Assembly: GCA_011774835.1 (NCBI GenBank)
Contig: JAACAK010000049.1
Coordinates: forward strand, 14,114-78,113
Source: Candidatus Kutchimonas denitrificans
Lineage (GTDB): Bacteria > Gemmatimonadota > Gemmatimonadetes > Palauibacterales > KS3-K002
Direction of reading: 5' to 3'
DNA length: 64,000 nucleotides
Part shown: piece by piece, positions 37,129-46,246 of the stretch
How the letters are laid out: every line of letters starts with the position of its first letter
How positions within the stretch are numbered: the stretch's first letter is position 1
The notes under the pieces: model-generated
Database searches by the model: none
Told to the model about the DNA's origin: nothing
The model's input: only the letters and a program-made list of their open reading frames with translations
Translations under genes and position numbers: made by a program

Positions 37129-39285
37129 TTGAATCGGCTCCGTCCCGCATTTGTCCTGCTCGTCGCCGCACCGGCCCTCGCCTTCGCCGTCCTGAGTACG
37201 GGCATCGTAATACAGAGCCGCGCCGCCCTCGAACCCGAGCTCGACCAGAGCGCCGCACGCCGGGCCCTCGAGTACGTGCGCTGGGAGCGGAGCCAGCGTC
37301 TGGCCGAGCTGCGCGCGGCGACCGGGTCGCTGGGCTCGCAAATCGCCCCCCTCGACATCGCGCGCTACGCCGTCTATGACCGTGCCGGCCGGACGATCGA
37401 GCGGTTTCCCGGCGACGCTCCGCTTCTGTCGCTGGAGCCCGGCACACCGCAGACTGAAGCGATGCTCGCCGCCGCGCGCCGCAGCCAGGCGGTCGTCGAC
37501 TTCGTAACCTTCGACGGCGCGCCAGCCTGGCTGGCCTATCTTCCCCGCGACGGCGGCATCGCCGTCGTTCAGCGCCGGGTCGACCCGTCGACCCTCACAC
37601 GGTTCGAGACCGCGACCGGCTACACCCTGGCCCTCTACCACGGCCGTCGTCGGGCTCTGGCCGGCGATGAGGACTTCGGCGCCAGGCTGCCCGGCACGTT
37701 CGTCGACTCGCTGGCGAGCCTCGATCGCGCTCTCAGCCTCGACGCCGACCGTAGGGCCGCCGCCCCCCTCAAGGACTTCGACGACTGGGACGCCATCGGG
37801 GCCGTGGTCGTGGCCGCGACCGCCTCTGCCCCGGCGCTGCCGCCGCTGCCCCTGCTGCCGGTCAGCGCCATCTGGCTGGCGGCAGCGTTCACCGTCGTCG
37901 CGTTGGGCTGGGTGACGCTCCGGCGTCACCCCGGGATCCTCGCCACGCCGCTGCGTCGCGCTTTCGTCATCGCCCTCATCCCACCGGCGCTGGCCGCCGC
38001 CTGGGCCGCCGGCGCCGACGCCCGGCTCTCCGCTCGGACCACCGATGCGGCCCTCGACCTCGGCGCACGGGTCCTATCGCTGGTGCCGCGGCCAGGCCAG
38101 CTCCCGGTCGAGCGGAGCGCCGAGCTGGCAGGGGCCGACGTGGCCGTGGTTCGGGCTCAGGGCGTTGTGGCCAGCGATCCCGAGCTCGGCGCCGCGACCG
38201 ATCGGGTCAGGGGTGACCCGATGGGGCGGGTGCGAGTGTCGGGGCAGAGGCTGGCCTACAGGGTGGTGAGCGAGGAGGGACCGCCGCTTCTGCTCCTCAC
38301 TCCCCCGCTGGAGGACGCCCGGAAGACCGCGCTCTTCTGGCTGGCGGGCCTCTACGGCGCACTCGCCGCGGCGATCCTCGTCTACGCCAGCCACGCCCGG
38401 GCCGCCGGCAACGCCATCGAGCTCCGCGAGGCGCGCACCGCCTGGACCTTTCTGTCGCCTTCGCTCGTCCTGCTCCTCGTCTTCTCGGCGGCCCCGCTGC
38501 TCTTCGCCTTCTACCTCAGCTTCCACCGCTGGAACCTGGTCGAGCCGGCGAAGCCGTTCGTCGGATTCGAGCACTACCTCACGCTGGCGGGCGACGGACT
38601 GTTCTGGAACGCGGCGAAGAACACCGCCGTCTATTCGCTCTACGTGCCGGCCACGATGGTCTGCGCGCTTGCCGTCGCCATCCTGCTCAACCGGCGGATC
38701 CGCGGAGTCGCGCTCCTGCGGGCGATCTTCTTCCTGCCCTACATCACGAGCTTCGTGGCCATATCGATCGTCTGGCAGTGGATGTACGATCCCGACTTCG
38801 GGCTCTTCAACTGGCTGCTGGGCCTGGTGGGGTTGGGCCCGTTCCCGTGGCTGAACAGTCCCGCCACAGCACTCCTGGCGCTGATCGTTCTGGCGGTATG
38901 GATACACATCGGCTTCCAGATGATCATCTTCCTGGCCGGACTGCAGGCCATACCGAACGAGCTTTACGAGGCGGCGATGATCGACGGGGCCGGACCCTGG
39001 CGCCGGTTCTGGCGCATCACGTTGCCGCTGCTTCGGCCCACGACGTTCTTTGTCCTGGTCACCTCGATCATCGGCTCCTTTCAGGTGTTCACCTTCGTCT
39101 ACGTGATGACCGAGGGCGGCCCGCTCCACGCCACCGACGTGATCGTCTACCACATCTACCAGAACGCCTGGCAGTTCCTGCGCATGGGGTACGCCTCCGC
39201 GATGAGCTGGATCCTGTTCGCGGTCATCTTCGCGATCACGCTGGCCCAGTTCCGGTTTCTGGGCAGAAGGGTAGCGCCAAGCTGA
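37129..39285 (+). CDS. Sugar ABC permease (MalF/UgpA type) carrying a ~435-aa N-terminal membrane/periplasmic extension
   Basis: The C-terminal ~280 aa form a classic permease (..AGLQAIPNELYEAAMIDGAGPWRRFWRITLPLLRP..). The N-terminal 435 aa have about 4 TM segments flanking two soluble regions, with no family recognised. TTG start. Confidence 0.8.
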   Translation: MNRLRPAFVLLVAAPALAFAVLSTGIVIQSRAALEPELDQSAARRALEYVRWERSQRLAELRAATGSLGSQIAPLDIARYAVYDRAGRTIERFPGDAPLLSLEPGTPQTEAMLAAARRSQAVVDFVTFDGAPAWLAYLPRDGGIAVVQRRVDPSTLTRFETATGYTLALYHGRRRALAGDEDFGARLPGTFVDSLASLDRALSLDADRRAAAPLKDFDDWDAIGAVVVAATASAPALPPLPLLPVSAIWLAAAFTVVALGWVTLRRHPGILATPLRRAFVIALIPPALAAAWAAGADARLSARTTDAALDLGARVLSLVPRPGQLPVERSAELAGADVAVVRAQGVVASDPELGAATDRVRGDPMGRVRVSGQRLAYRVVSEEGPPLLLLTPPLEDARKTALFWLAGLYGALAAAILVYASHARAAGNAIELREARTAWTFLSPSLVLLLVFSAAPLLFAFYLSFHRWNLVEPAKPFVGFEHYLTLAGDGLFWNAAKNTAVYSLYVPATMVCALAVAILLNRRIRGVALLRAIFFLPYITSFVAISIVWQWMYDPDFGLFNWLLGLVGLGPFPWLNSPATALLALIVLAVWIHIGFQMIIFLAGLQAIPNELYEAAMIDGAGPWRRFWRITLPLLRPTTFFVLVTSIIGSFQVFTFVYVMTEGGPLHATDVIVYHIYQNAWQFLRMGYASAMSWILFAVIFAITLAQFRFLGRRVAPS

Positions 39286-40133
39286 TGAGCGACGCCGCCG
39301 CCGCGTCCGTCGCGCGACGCCGCGCCGTCAACGCCGCCACTTACGGCGCGGCGGTCCTCCTCGGCATCTCGATGCTGGTGCCGTTCCTCTGGATGATCTC
39401 CACGTCGCTGATGGACGAGTTCGAGGTCTTCCAGTTTCCCCCACGCCTGATCCCGGCGGACCCCGTCTGGAGCAATTACCCGAACGCCCTGACCGCCGCG
39501 CCGTTCGGCCGCTTCTTCCTCAACTCGGCCGTCATGTCGCTGTTCATCGTCGCCGGTCACCTGTTCACCGCGGCCACCGCCGGCTACGCTTTCGCCCGAC
39601 TCCGCTTCCCCGGCCGCGATCGCGTATTCATCCTCTTCCTCGCCAATTTGATGGTGCCTGTCATCGTTCTGCTCATCCCGCGCTTCCTGCTGGTGGGCGC
39701 GCTGGGCTGGGTGGACACCTACATGGGGCTCATCGTCACCGAGCTGGTGAGCGTGTGGGGGATCTTCCTGATGCGCCAGTACTTCCTGTCGATCCCCCGC
39801 GATCTCGAGGACGCCGCCCGCATCGACGGCGCCAGTGAATGGCAGATCTTCTGGAAGGTGGCCCTGCCGCTCGCCCGACCGGCGCTGGCCACGGTGGCGC
39901 TCTTCTCTTTCGTCGAAACCTGGAAAAGCTTTCTCTGGCCCCTGATCGTCACCCGCTCGATGGCGATGCGCCCGGTCGAGGTCGGGATCGCCGCTTTCCA
40001 CGGCCTCTACTTCAGCAACTGGCCCTATCAGATGGCCGCCGCTGTCGTCGCCGTTGTTCCCATACTTTTGCTCTTCCTGTTCACCCAACGTTACTTCGTA
40101 CGCGGGATCCAACTGGCGGGACTAAAGGGCTGA
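39285..40133 (+). CDS. Sugar ABC permease (MalG/UgpE type)
   Basis: Trimmed from track ORF 38778..40133 to ATG 39285 (TGATG overlap with the upstream stop). EAA loop LEDAARIDGASEWQIFWKVALPLARP. Confidence 0.9.
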   Translation: MSDAAAASVARRRAVNAATYGAAVLLGISMLVPFLWMISTSLMDEFEVFQFPPRLIPADPVWSNYPNALTAAPFGRFFLNSAVMSLFIVAGHLFTAATAGYAFARLRFPGRDRVFILFLANLMVPVIVLLIPRFLLVGALGWVDTYMGLIVTELVSVWGIFLMRQYFLSIPRDLEDAARIDGASEWQIFWKVALPLARPALATVALFSFVETWKSFLWPLIVTRSMAMRPVEVGIAAFHGLYFSNWPYQMAAAVVAVVPILLLFLFTQRYFVRGIQLAGLKG

Positions 40134-40209
40134 CCGGCTGTTCCCACCCGCGGCGTGGTGGTACATTCGGCGCGGATGACCTTTCACGACCTGCTGCCCG
40201 TTCGCTCGT

Positions 40210-41319
40210 ATGGCTGAGCCGCTGACGATCGTCGAGGTCACGGGCCGCCTCGGGATCGGCGGCGTCGAGACCCACGTCAGCCGACTGGCCCGGGGGCTCA
40301 TGGGCCGCGGCCACCGGGTCGTGCTGCTGACCCGGGATCCCGGCGTCTACGGCGACGAGGCCAAAGACGCCGGCGCCGACCTCATGGTCGTTCCGTTCAA
40401 CCGCAGCGGATTGCCGCAGGCCGTCGAGCTGCTCCTGCCGATCGAGCCGGACATCGTCCACGCCCACAACTATCGCGCCGCTCGCTTCGGCGCGCCCCTG
40501 GCTCGAGCCCTCGAGCGGCCCTACCTGATGACCGTGCACGGACCGCGGCCGTGGTGGAAGCGGATCTTCTTCGACGGATGGAGCAACACGATCCTCACCG
40601 TCAGCGAGGCGGACAAGGATCACATCGTCGGCCCGTTCGGTGTGTCGGCCGACCGGATCGAGGTCGGGTTCCTCGGTGTGGATACCGAGGAGTTTAGACC
40701 AGGGCTCGACACGGCGGGGTTGCGAGCCGATTGGGACGTCCCGGACGACCGCCCGCTCATCCTCAACGTCAGTCGGTTCACACATCGGAAGGCGCGCCCG
40801 GCCCTGACGCTGATCGAGGCATTGCCGGCGGTTCGAGAAGAGATCCCCGGCACCTGTGCTGTACTGGTCGGCACGGGTGACGAGCTGGACCGGATGCATG
40901 CCGCGGCCGAGGAGGGGAACCGTCGGTTGCGGGAGCGCGCGACTGTAGTGGCCGGGCCGCGCACCGACATTCCCAGGGTGATGAACGCCGCCGATGTCGT
41001 CGTCGCCACCGCCACCACCGCCACCGAGGCACTCGCTGCGGCGGCGCCCACGATCGCTTACGGCCGAACCGGCTACTTCGGTATCGTCACGCCCGACAAC
41101 TTCGAGCGCGCCCGGGCGCTCTGCTTCGCCGACCACGGACGGCTGCCCGCCGCCAGGCCCGAGACCTTCGCGGCGGACCTGGTCGCGTTATTGCGCGATC
41201 CGGCGGCGGCTCGTCGCGCCGCCGCCGAGGCCCGAAACATCATCGCCACGAACTACAGCGTCGAGCGCATGGTGGACCACGTCGAGAGCGTCTACCGCCG
41301 CCTGATCGAGTCCGGATGA
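40210..41319 (+). CDS. Glycosyltransferase family 4 (GT-B)
   Basis: N-terminal GGVETHVSRLARGLMGRGHRV. GT4-type architecture of 369 aa. Confidence 0.8.
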   Translation: MAEPLTIVEVTGRLGIGGVETHVSRLARGLMGRGHRVVLLTRDPGVYGDEAKDAGADLMVVPFNRSGLPQAVELLLPIEPDIVHAHNYRAARFGAPLARALERPYLMTVHGPRPWWKRIFFDGWSNTILTVSEADKDHIVGPFGVSADRIEVGFLGVDTEEFRPGLDTAGLRADWDVPDDRPLILNVSRFTHRKARPALTLIEALPAVREEIPGTCAVLVGTGDELDRMHAAAEEGNRRLRERATVVAGPRTDIPRVMNAADVVVATATTATEALAAAAPTIAYGRTGYFGIVTPDNFERARALCFADHGRLPAARPETFAADLVALLRDPAAARRAAAEARNIIATNYSVERMVDHVESVYRRLIESG

Positions 41320-42434
41320 TGAGGCTGCTCGCGGTCAACTCGACCCGCATCTGGGGCGGTGCCGAGGCCTGGTTCGAGACGTTCTGCACCCGGATGGCGG
41401 AGCGCAGCCACGAGATCACGCTGGTGTGCCATCCCGACAGCGAGCTGCGCCGGCGCCTGTCTGGCGACTCGCGGTTGCGCATCGCGCCGATCGCTATTCG
41501 CGCCGAAATCAATTACTTCCGCTCGCTGCAGCTCGCCCGTGTCCTACGTGACGCGCGGCCCGATGTGCTCATCGGTTCGCGGCCCAAAGACGTGAAGCTC
41601 AGCGCCGTCGCCTCGTGGTTCGCCGGACCTGTCCCTATCTTGCACATCAAGCACTACGGCGAACCGCTGAAGAACCGACTTGATTTTCGATTCTTTTGGA
41701 CGCGCGAGGTCACGGCGATGGTGGTTTTGTCAGCCCAAGCGCTGAACCGGCTGCGACATGATGCGCCCTGGCTTGGTGACACGCCGATCGAAGTGATCCA
41801 CAACGGGGTAGACACCGAAGAGTTCAGTCCGAAACCCGAGGCTCGCGAGAGGGCGCGCGCCGAGCTCGGAATCCCGCACGACGTGTTCGTGGTGAGTTTC
41901 CACGGCCGCCTGGCGCCACCCAAGCGCGTCGACCTTGTCGTCCGTGCAATCGCAACGGCCGCCGAACGGACACCGATTTACGGATTGATCATCGGCGACG
42001 GACCCGAAGGCCCCTCGCTGCGTAAGCTCGCTGATGTTCTGGATGCTCAGGTTATATTCGCCGGCTTTCGCGACGACGCCTCCATGCTGCTACCCGCCGC
42101 AGACGTGGAAATCACGATGTCGGAGATCGAGGGAGCGGTGCCGCTGGCCGTGCTCGAGGCGATGGCCTGCGGCCTGCCCGTCATTGCCAGCCACACGACC
42201 AGCCACCCCGAGGTCCTGGAAGGAGGCGTTAACGGCCTGCTGGTGGAGCCGGGCGTGCCCGAAGGTGCCGCGGCCGCCATGCTTCAGCTAGCCCGGGACC
42301 CGCAAGCGCGGGCCGCGATGGGCGCGGCCGCCCGCAGCCACGCGGTGCAGCATTTCGAGGTGGCGATGATGATCGACCGCTACGAATCGCTGCTCGAAAG
42401 GCTGGTGCAGGCTCGGGCCGATCGCGCCCGTTGA
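41316..42434 (+). CDS. Glycosyltransferase family 4 (GT-B)
   Basis: The ATG overlaps the upstream stop (ATGA). C-terminal E..(E/G)..P...LEAMA.G.PV(I/V)A motif: SEIEGAVPLAVLEAMACGLPVIAS. Confidence 0.82.
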   Translation: MMRLLAVNSTRIWGGAEAWFETFCTRMAERSHEITLVCHPDSELRRRLSGDSRLRIAPIAIRAEINYFRSLQLARVLRDARPDVLIGSRPKDVKLSAVASWFAGPVPILHIKHYGEPLKNRLDFRFFWTREVTAMVVLSAQALNRLRHDAPWLGDTPIEVIHNGVDTEEFSPKPEARERARAELGIPHDVFVVSFHGRLAPPKRVDLVVRAIATAAERTPIYGLIIGDGPEGPSLRKLADVLDAQVIFAGFRDDASMLLPAADVEITMSEIEGAVPLAVLEAMACGLPVIASHTTSHPEVLEGGVNGLLVEPGVPEGAAAAMLQLARDPQARAAMGAAARSHAVQHFEVAMMIDRYESLLERLVQARADRAR

Positions 42435-42481
42435 GCCGCGGCCTCACCGGCCCCCGGCACACTCCACCTCATCGCCGCTGC

Positions 42482-42895
42482 TCAGCCGGGCTTACGGCGT
42501 CCCCGTTGCCGCGAACGGGCCTGGCAAGGACCAGTGATGGCGCAGGCCAGCAGGGACTGGGCGAGCTCGAGGGAGAACCAGCGCGTGAACGCGTATTCAA
42601 AAATGAACGTGTTCTCGAACACCTCGCCTTCATCATCGCGAAGCAATCGGGCTCTGAAGTCCGATCTCACCTTCCGGTCGACGTAGGCGTGCTCGGTGAC
42701 CAGTGGGTCGATAAAGACACCGCGCGACGTTTCATGAACCGCCGCGGTTCGCCCCGCTGTCAGCGAATCGTGCGTCGGATTTCCAGTTGTGGCGACACTC
42801 GTGGGGTCGGCCATCTGTCCGCGGACCGAGCCTGGAGTCAGGAAGAAGACCAGCAATAGCGACAGCCCGTAAGATCGAGTGTTTGTTTCTGTCAT
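42482..42895 (-). CDS. Short secreted hypothetical protein; possibly the N-terminal remnant of an outer-membrane channel (MetA/phenol-degradation-like)
   Basis: Trimmed to ATG 42895 (GGGAGG 7 nt upstream). Signal peptide SYGLSLLLVFFLTPGSVRGQ. ..EHAYVDRKVRSDF..FENTFIFEYAFTRWFSLEL, then an odd basic tail. Local GC is visibly lower. Confidence 0.4.
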   Translation of the reverse strand: MTETNTRSYGLSLLLVFFLTPGSVRGQMADPTSVATTGNPTHDSLTAGRTAAVHETSRGVFIDPLVTEHAYVDRKVRSDFRARLLRDDEGEVFENTFIFEYAFTRWFSLELAQSLLACAITGPCQARSRQRGRRKPG

Positions 42896-43047
42896 ACGAA
42901 CCTCCCGGCGTCGTAACACCTGTAAACGTATTCGCAGGACGACGGCCAGCTTCGTAGCCGTCGAGCGCGTCTTCGCTTGTTCGAATCGTGTCGCCGCTGC
43001 CGGAAGCGCGAGCGACCCGCTCGCGCCCACCGCAGCGGCCAGGCGTC

Positions 43048-43467
43048 TCAACCGGCAGGTCGAGGAGGACGGTCCAGCTCGCGAGCACGCGGGATCCGTC
43101 GGATGACATCCGTCGGGAGCTCGGAGCGTCGCCGCCGCCGATACCAGAGCGGGAGGATGCGGCTCGCGGAAGGGAGTCCGATTCCGCTGAGAGCGACCTG
43201 GATCAGCTCATCGGGCAGGGAGTTTTCCGAACACGGACAGCTGCAGGCCGACCCATCGCCGTGCCGCGCCGTGTCGATACGAACGGGTGTGCTTCCGGTT
43301 TCGTAGTGATGAGGGCACCCGGCGGAAAGAAGGCTGGAATGCGCCCGGGTGCGGCAGAACAGATCGGCGGCGTGGAAGGTCTGGATCAGCAGTACGGGGA
43401 GGAGCAGGCAGAGGCAAAGCGCCTTCCACCCGCGTGAAACACCACGATAGCGAGTCCACTTCGGCAT
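43048..43467 (-). CDS. Cys/His-rich hypothetical secreted protein
   Basis: Track ORF. Signal-like WKALCLCLLLPVLLIQTFHA. Motifs CPHHYETG, HGDGSACSCPCSE and an Arg-rich tail. Third codon positions are moderately GC-biased. No family recognised. Confidence 0.4.
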   Translation of the reverse strand: MPKWTRYRGVSRGWKALCLCLLLPVLLIQTFHAADLFCRTRAHSSLLSAGCPHHYETGSTPVRIDTARHGDGSACSCPCSENSLPDELIQVALSGIGLPSASRILPLWYRRRRRSELPTDVIRRIPRARELDRPPRPAG

Positions 43468-43582
43468 CGATGGTTGGGGCCGTTCGATGCGATTTGATCG
43501 GGTTCTCTAGCGTCTTGGCAACTTAAACCTGTGGATGGACCCGGACTCACGCAACGGCCGGCGGTCAACGCCACCCGGATCG

Positions 43583-44704
43583 CTAGAGATGGGCTCCTTG
43601 CACGTACGTGGAGACAGCGCGCTCGAGCTTCTCCACGACCATCTCCACGGTGATCCGGCTCATCCCATCGGGACGGTACTCCATGTTGATGGGGTAGTCC
43701 TCGCCGGCGTGGCGCGCGTAGCCGTCCACGACCAGATCTTCGTACTTGCGATACGGGCCGGTTCGCTTCGGGTTGGTGAATCCGTACAGGCCCACCACGG
43801 GCGTCTCGAGCGCCCGGGCGATGTGGAGGGGGCCGGTGTCGGGGCTCACCAGCAGGTCGCTGCCGTCGATCAGATACGTCAGCCGCCGCAGATCATCACC
43901 CAGCTCGTTGAGCGGCGCCGCCCGGGTGGCGCCCAGCACCGCTTCAGCCGCCTGCCGTTCGCCGGCCGATGGACCGCCGACGATCACGACCGTGAAGCCG
44001 AAATCGCTCTCGATGATCTCCAGCAGGCGGGCGTAGCGCTCCGCCGGCCAGTCCTTGCGCGGTTTGCTGCTGCCCAGCACCACCGCGCAGACCGGCCGCT
44101 CGATCGACTCGAAGAACCGACGCTGAGCCTCGCGCTCTTCGGCGGTGATGACGATCCCCCACTCCGGCGGATCGTGGGGCACGTCGAGATAATCGAGGAA
44201 CTCGAAGTACTGGTCCTGTACGTGCTGGTTGGGATGCGGCGGTATGCGGTGGGTGGTGAACAGCCAGTTCAGGTCCCGGGCCCGGCGGCGGTCGAAGCCG
44301 AGCTTCACGGGCGCCGAGGCGAACCACGTCAGCAGGCCCGCTTTGAAATAGACCTGCAGACCGATCACCAGGTCGAACTCGCGCCGCCGCAGCTCACGCC
44401 GCGTCTCGACGAAAGCACCGATCCCCTTCAGCCCGCGTCGGCGTTCGAACACGATGAACTCATCGATCGCCGGGTGGTTGTGAACGAGCCGGTGCGGTAC
44501 GGGCTGGATCACCCAGGTCAGCCTGACGCCCGGAACGCCGCGGCGCAACGCGTTGGCGACCGGCAACACGTGGACCGCATCACCGATGGCGCTGAGCATG
44601 ATGATCGCCACCCTCGGTTCCGGTTTCGCACGCAGATCGATTTCCGACACGAGCCCCTGGGCCCTCCTTACGCTGGCGGGTCTCTTCGACAGCCCTCGTG
44701 GCAC
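43583..44704 (-). CDS. Glycosyltransferase family 9 (heptosyltransferase-like)
   Basis: VAIIMLSAIGDAVHVLPVANAL (GT9 N-terminal motif), ..LLVSPDTGPLHIARALETPVVGLYG.. (GT9 C-terminal motif). Confidence 0.88.
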   Translation of the reverse strand: MPRGLSKRPASVRRAQGLVSEIDLRAKPEPRVAIIMLSAIGDAVHVLPVANALRRGVPGVRLTWVIQPVPHRLVHNHPAIDEFIVFERRRGLKGIGAFVETRRELRRREFDLVIGLQVYFKAGLLTWFASAPVKLGFDRRRARDLNWLFTTHRIPPHPNQHVQDQYFEFLDYLDVPHDPPEWGIVITAEEREAQRRFFESIERPVCAVVLGSSKPRKDWPAERYARLLEIIESDFGFTVVIVGGPSAGERQAAEAVLGATRAAPLNELGDDLRRLTYLIDGSDLLVSPDTGPLHIARALETPVVGLYGFTNPKRTGPYRKYEDLVVDGYARHAGEDYPINMEYRPDGMSRITVEMVVEKLERAVSTYVQGAHL

Positions 44705-44850
44705 CCGGACGATTCATGAGAATCGCACGGGGAGCCGGCAGAACGCCGAACTCCGCGCTCGCGCATGACACTTGGAGCATGCGTAAGGTCCACGGTTCGG
44801 TCCTCAGGTCAAGACTGGGGCCAGGTCGGAGAGGCTTTCGACAGGTGAGT

Positions 44851-44877
44851 CCGGAGACGACTCGATGGCGTCTCCGG
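44851..44877 (-). terminator. Hairpin downstream of the methyltransferase gene (no U-tract)
   Basis: CCGGAGACG-(9 nt)-CGTCTCCGG, 26 nt past the stop at 44903. Confidence 0.3.
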
Positions 44878-44902
44878 CGCTGTCATCGTGGGAGGACTCC
44901 CG

Positions 44903-45580
44903 TCAGTCGGGTAGCTTGCGGTAGAGGGCGTTCACCGTCACGCGCTGGCCCACATCGGTCGGCGTCACCACGGTCCCGCTGGCCACGATCGGAGCCAGCC
45001 CCCGGCGGTTCATTTCGGCGTCGAGCTCGGCCGATTCCAGCAGGTAGAGCGGGCCCGCATCGGCCCCCTCGTAGACGTGCGCTTCGCCGGGCGCCCGGGT
45101 CAATCCTTCGCCGGTCGGATCGGTGCCGGGAGCGAAGTTCGCCACCAGCATGAGGCCGTCTTCGCTCAGAACGCGCGTCGACTCGGCCAGCGCCCGGTCC
45201 CACATCTCGCGGCTCGTCGCGGTGTGGAAGATCCCCAACGCGACCACCAGGTCGAACGATCGGTCGGCGAAGTCGCGCAGGTCTTCCATACGCCCGATCC
45301 GAACCCTGCGCTCGGCTTCGGCGACGCCCGCGATCATCGATACGCGTTCCCGTGTTCTCTCGACCATCGCCGCTGACGCGTCCAGCGCGAAAAAGTCGAA
45401 GCCGCGCTCCGCCAGCACGACCGTGTTGCGGCCGCCGGCGCACCCCAGATCCAGGACGCGAACCGCGCCTGGCGTCGAGTATCCCTCCAGCAGCCTCAGC
45501 AGCCGGCGGTCCGGCTCGCGATCCGCGAAATTCTCGACCCGCTCCGCTCGCTCCCAGAAAGGCTTCGAGCTCTCGTTCAT
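44903..45580 (-). CDS. Class I SAM-dependent methyltransferase
   Basis: Motif I VLDLGCAGGRN, followed by FDLVVALGIFHT and LSEDGLMLVANF. Confidence 0.85.
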   Translation of the reverse strand: MNESSKPFWERAERVENFADREPDRRLLRLLEGYSTPGAVRVLDLGCAGGRNTVVLAERGFDFFALDASAAMVERTRERVSMIAGVAEAERRVRIGRMEDLRDFADRSFDLVVALGIFHTATSREMWDRALAESTRVLSEDGLMLVANFAPGTDPTGEGLTRAPGEAHVYEGADAGPLYLLESAELDAEMNRRGLAPIVASGTVVTPTDVGQRVTVNALYRKLPD

Positions 45581-45645
45581 GTCCGGTCAGCGGGTCAGGC
45601 GCGCCCGTGCGGTTCGCGGGGGTGCGTAAAGGTCATCAGGCGCGG

Positions 45646-46110
45646 TCAGCGGACCAGTGTGCGGACGGGGTACGACAGGCAGCTGACCGAGCTGTCGATG
45701 CAGAAGTCGATGTCGCCCTGGAAGTCGCCGCTGTGCGCCGCAAAGGCGGCGAACTCCACGACCGCCTCTTCACCGGCGGCTATCGGTATATCGAACGAGT
45801 AGCTCAACGTGTTGTCGATAGGAACGTGCATCGCATCCTTGAACGGCGGCTCAGAGCTCTCGATGACGATACCGTTAAGATACTCGTCTGCGATGTCCAG
45901 ATCCACGAGCGTGCGGCGCTTCCCGGCACCGTTCCACACCCGGACGACTATGGTGAACCGCTCGCCCTGCGATACCTCCAGCGGCGCCTCGATGGCGACC
46001 TCGACGTCGCCGGGTTCCCTCACCATGTAGCCGATGCAGAACAGCCCCGCGATCACGGCGACTACCACCGCCACGCATCCAATTCCGATGTTTCTTCCGA
46101 CGTTGGACAC
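45646..46110 (-). CDS. Hypothetical membrane-anchored protein (single N-terminal TM, beta-rich ectodomain)
   Basis: GTG start with AGGAGG upstream. TM segment IGIGCVAVVVAVIAGLFCIGY. No family recognised. Confidence 0.55.
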   Translation of the reverse strand: MSNVGRNIGIGCVAVVVAVIAGLFCIGYMVREPGDVEVAIEAPLEVSQGERFTIVVRVWNGAGKRRTLVDLDIADEYLNGIVIESSEPPFKDAMHVPIDNTLSYSFDIPIAAGEEAVVEFAAFAAHSGDFQGDIDFCIDSSVSCLSYPVRTLVR

Positions 46111-46246
46111 GACGCCTCCTGTCGATTTCTGGGAAAGGCGGGGGCGGCTGCACTGCCGAGGAGGGGGTCCGGGCGTCCGGCGACGCCCGCGACATGCTTC
46201 TGGTATACCCGATCTTGTGCTGGAGGTGCCCCTGGACCGCGGGGCC

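Noticed and set aside
42975-42992. GTTCGAATC (tRNA T-loop-like) sequence suggesting a tRNA gene.
   Set aside because: The flanking bases cannot form a T-stem, and no acceptor, D or anticodon arms can be drawn around it.
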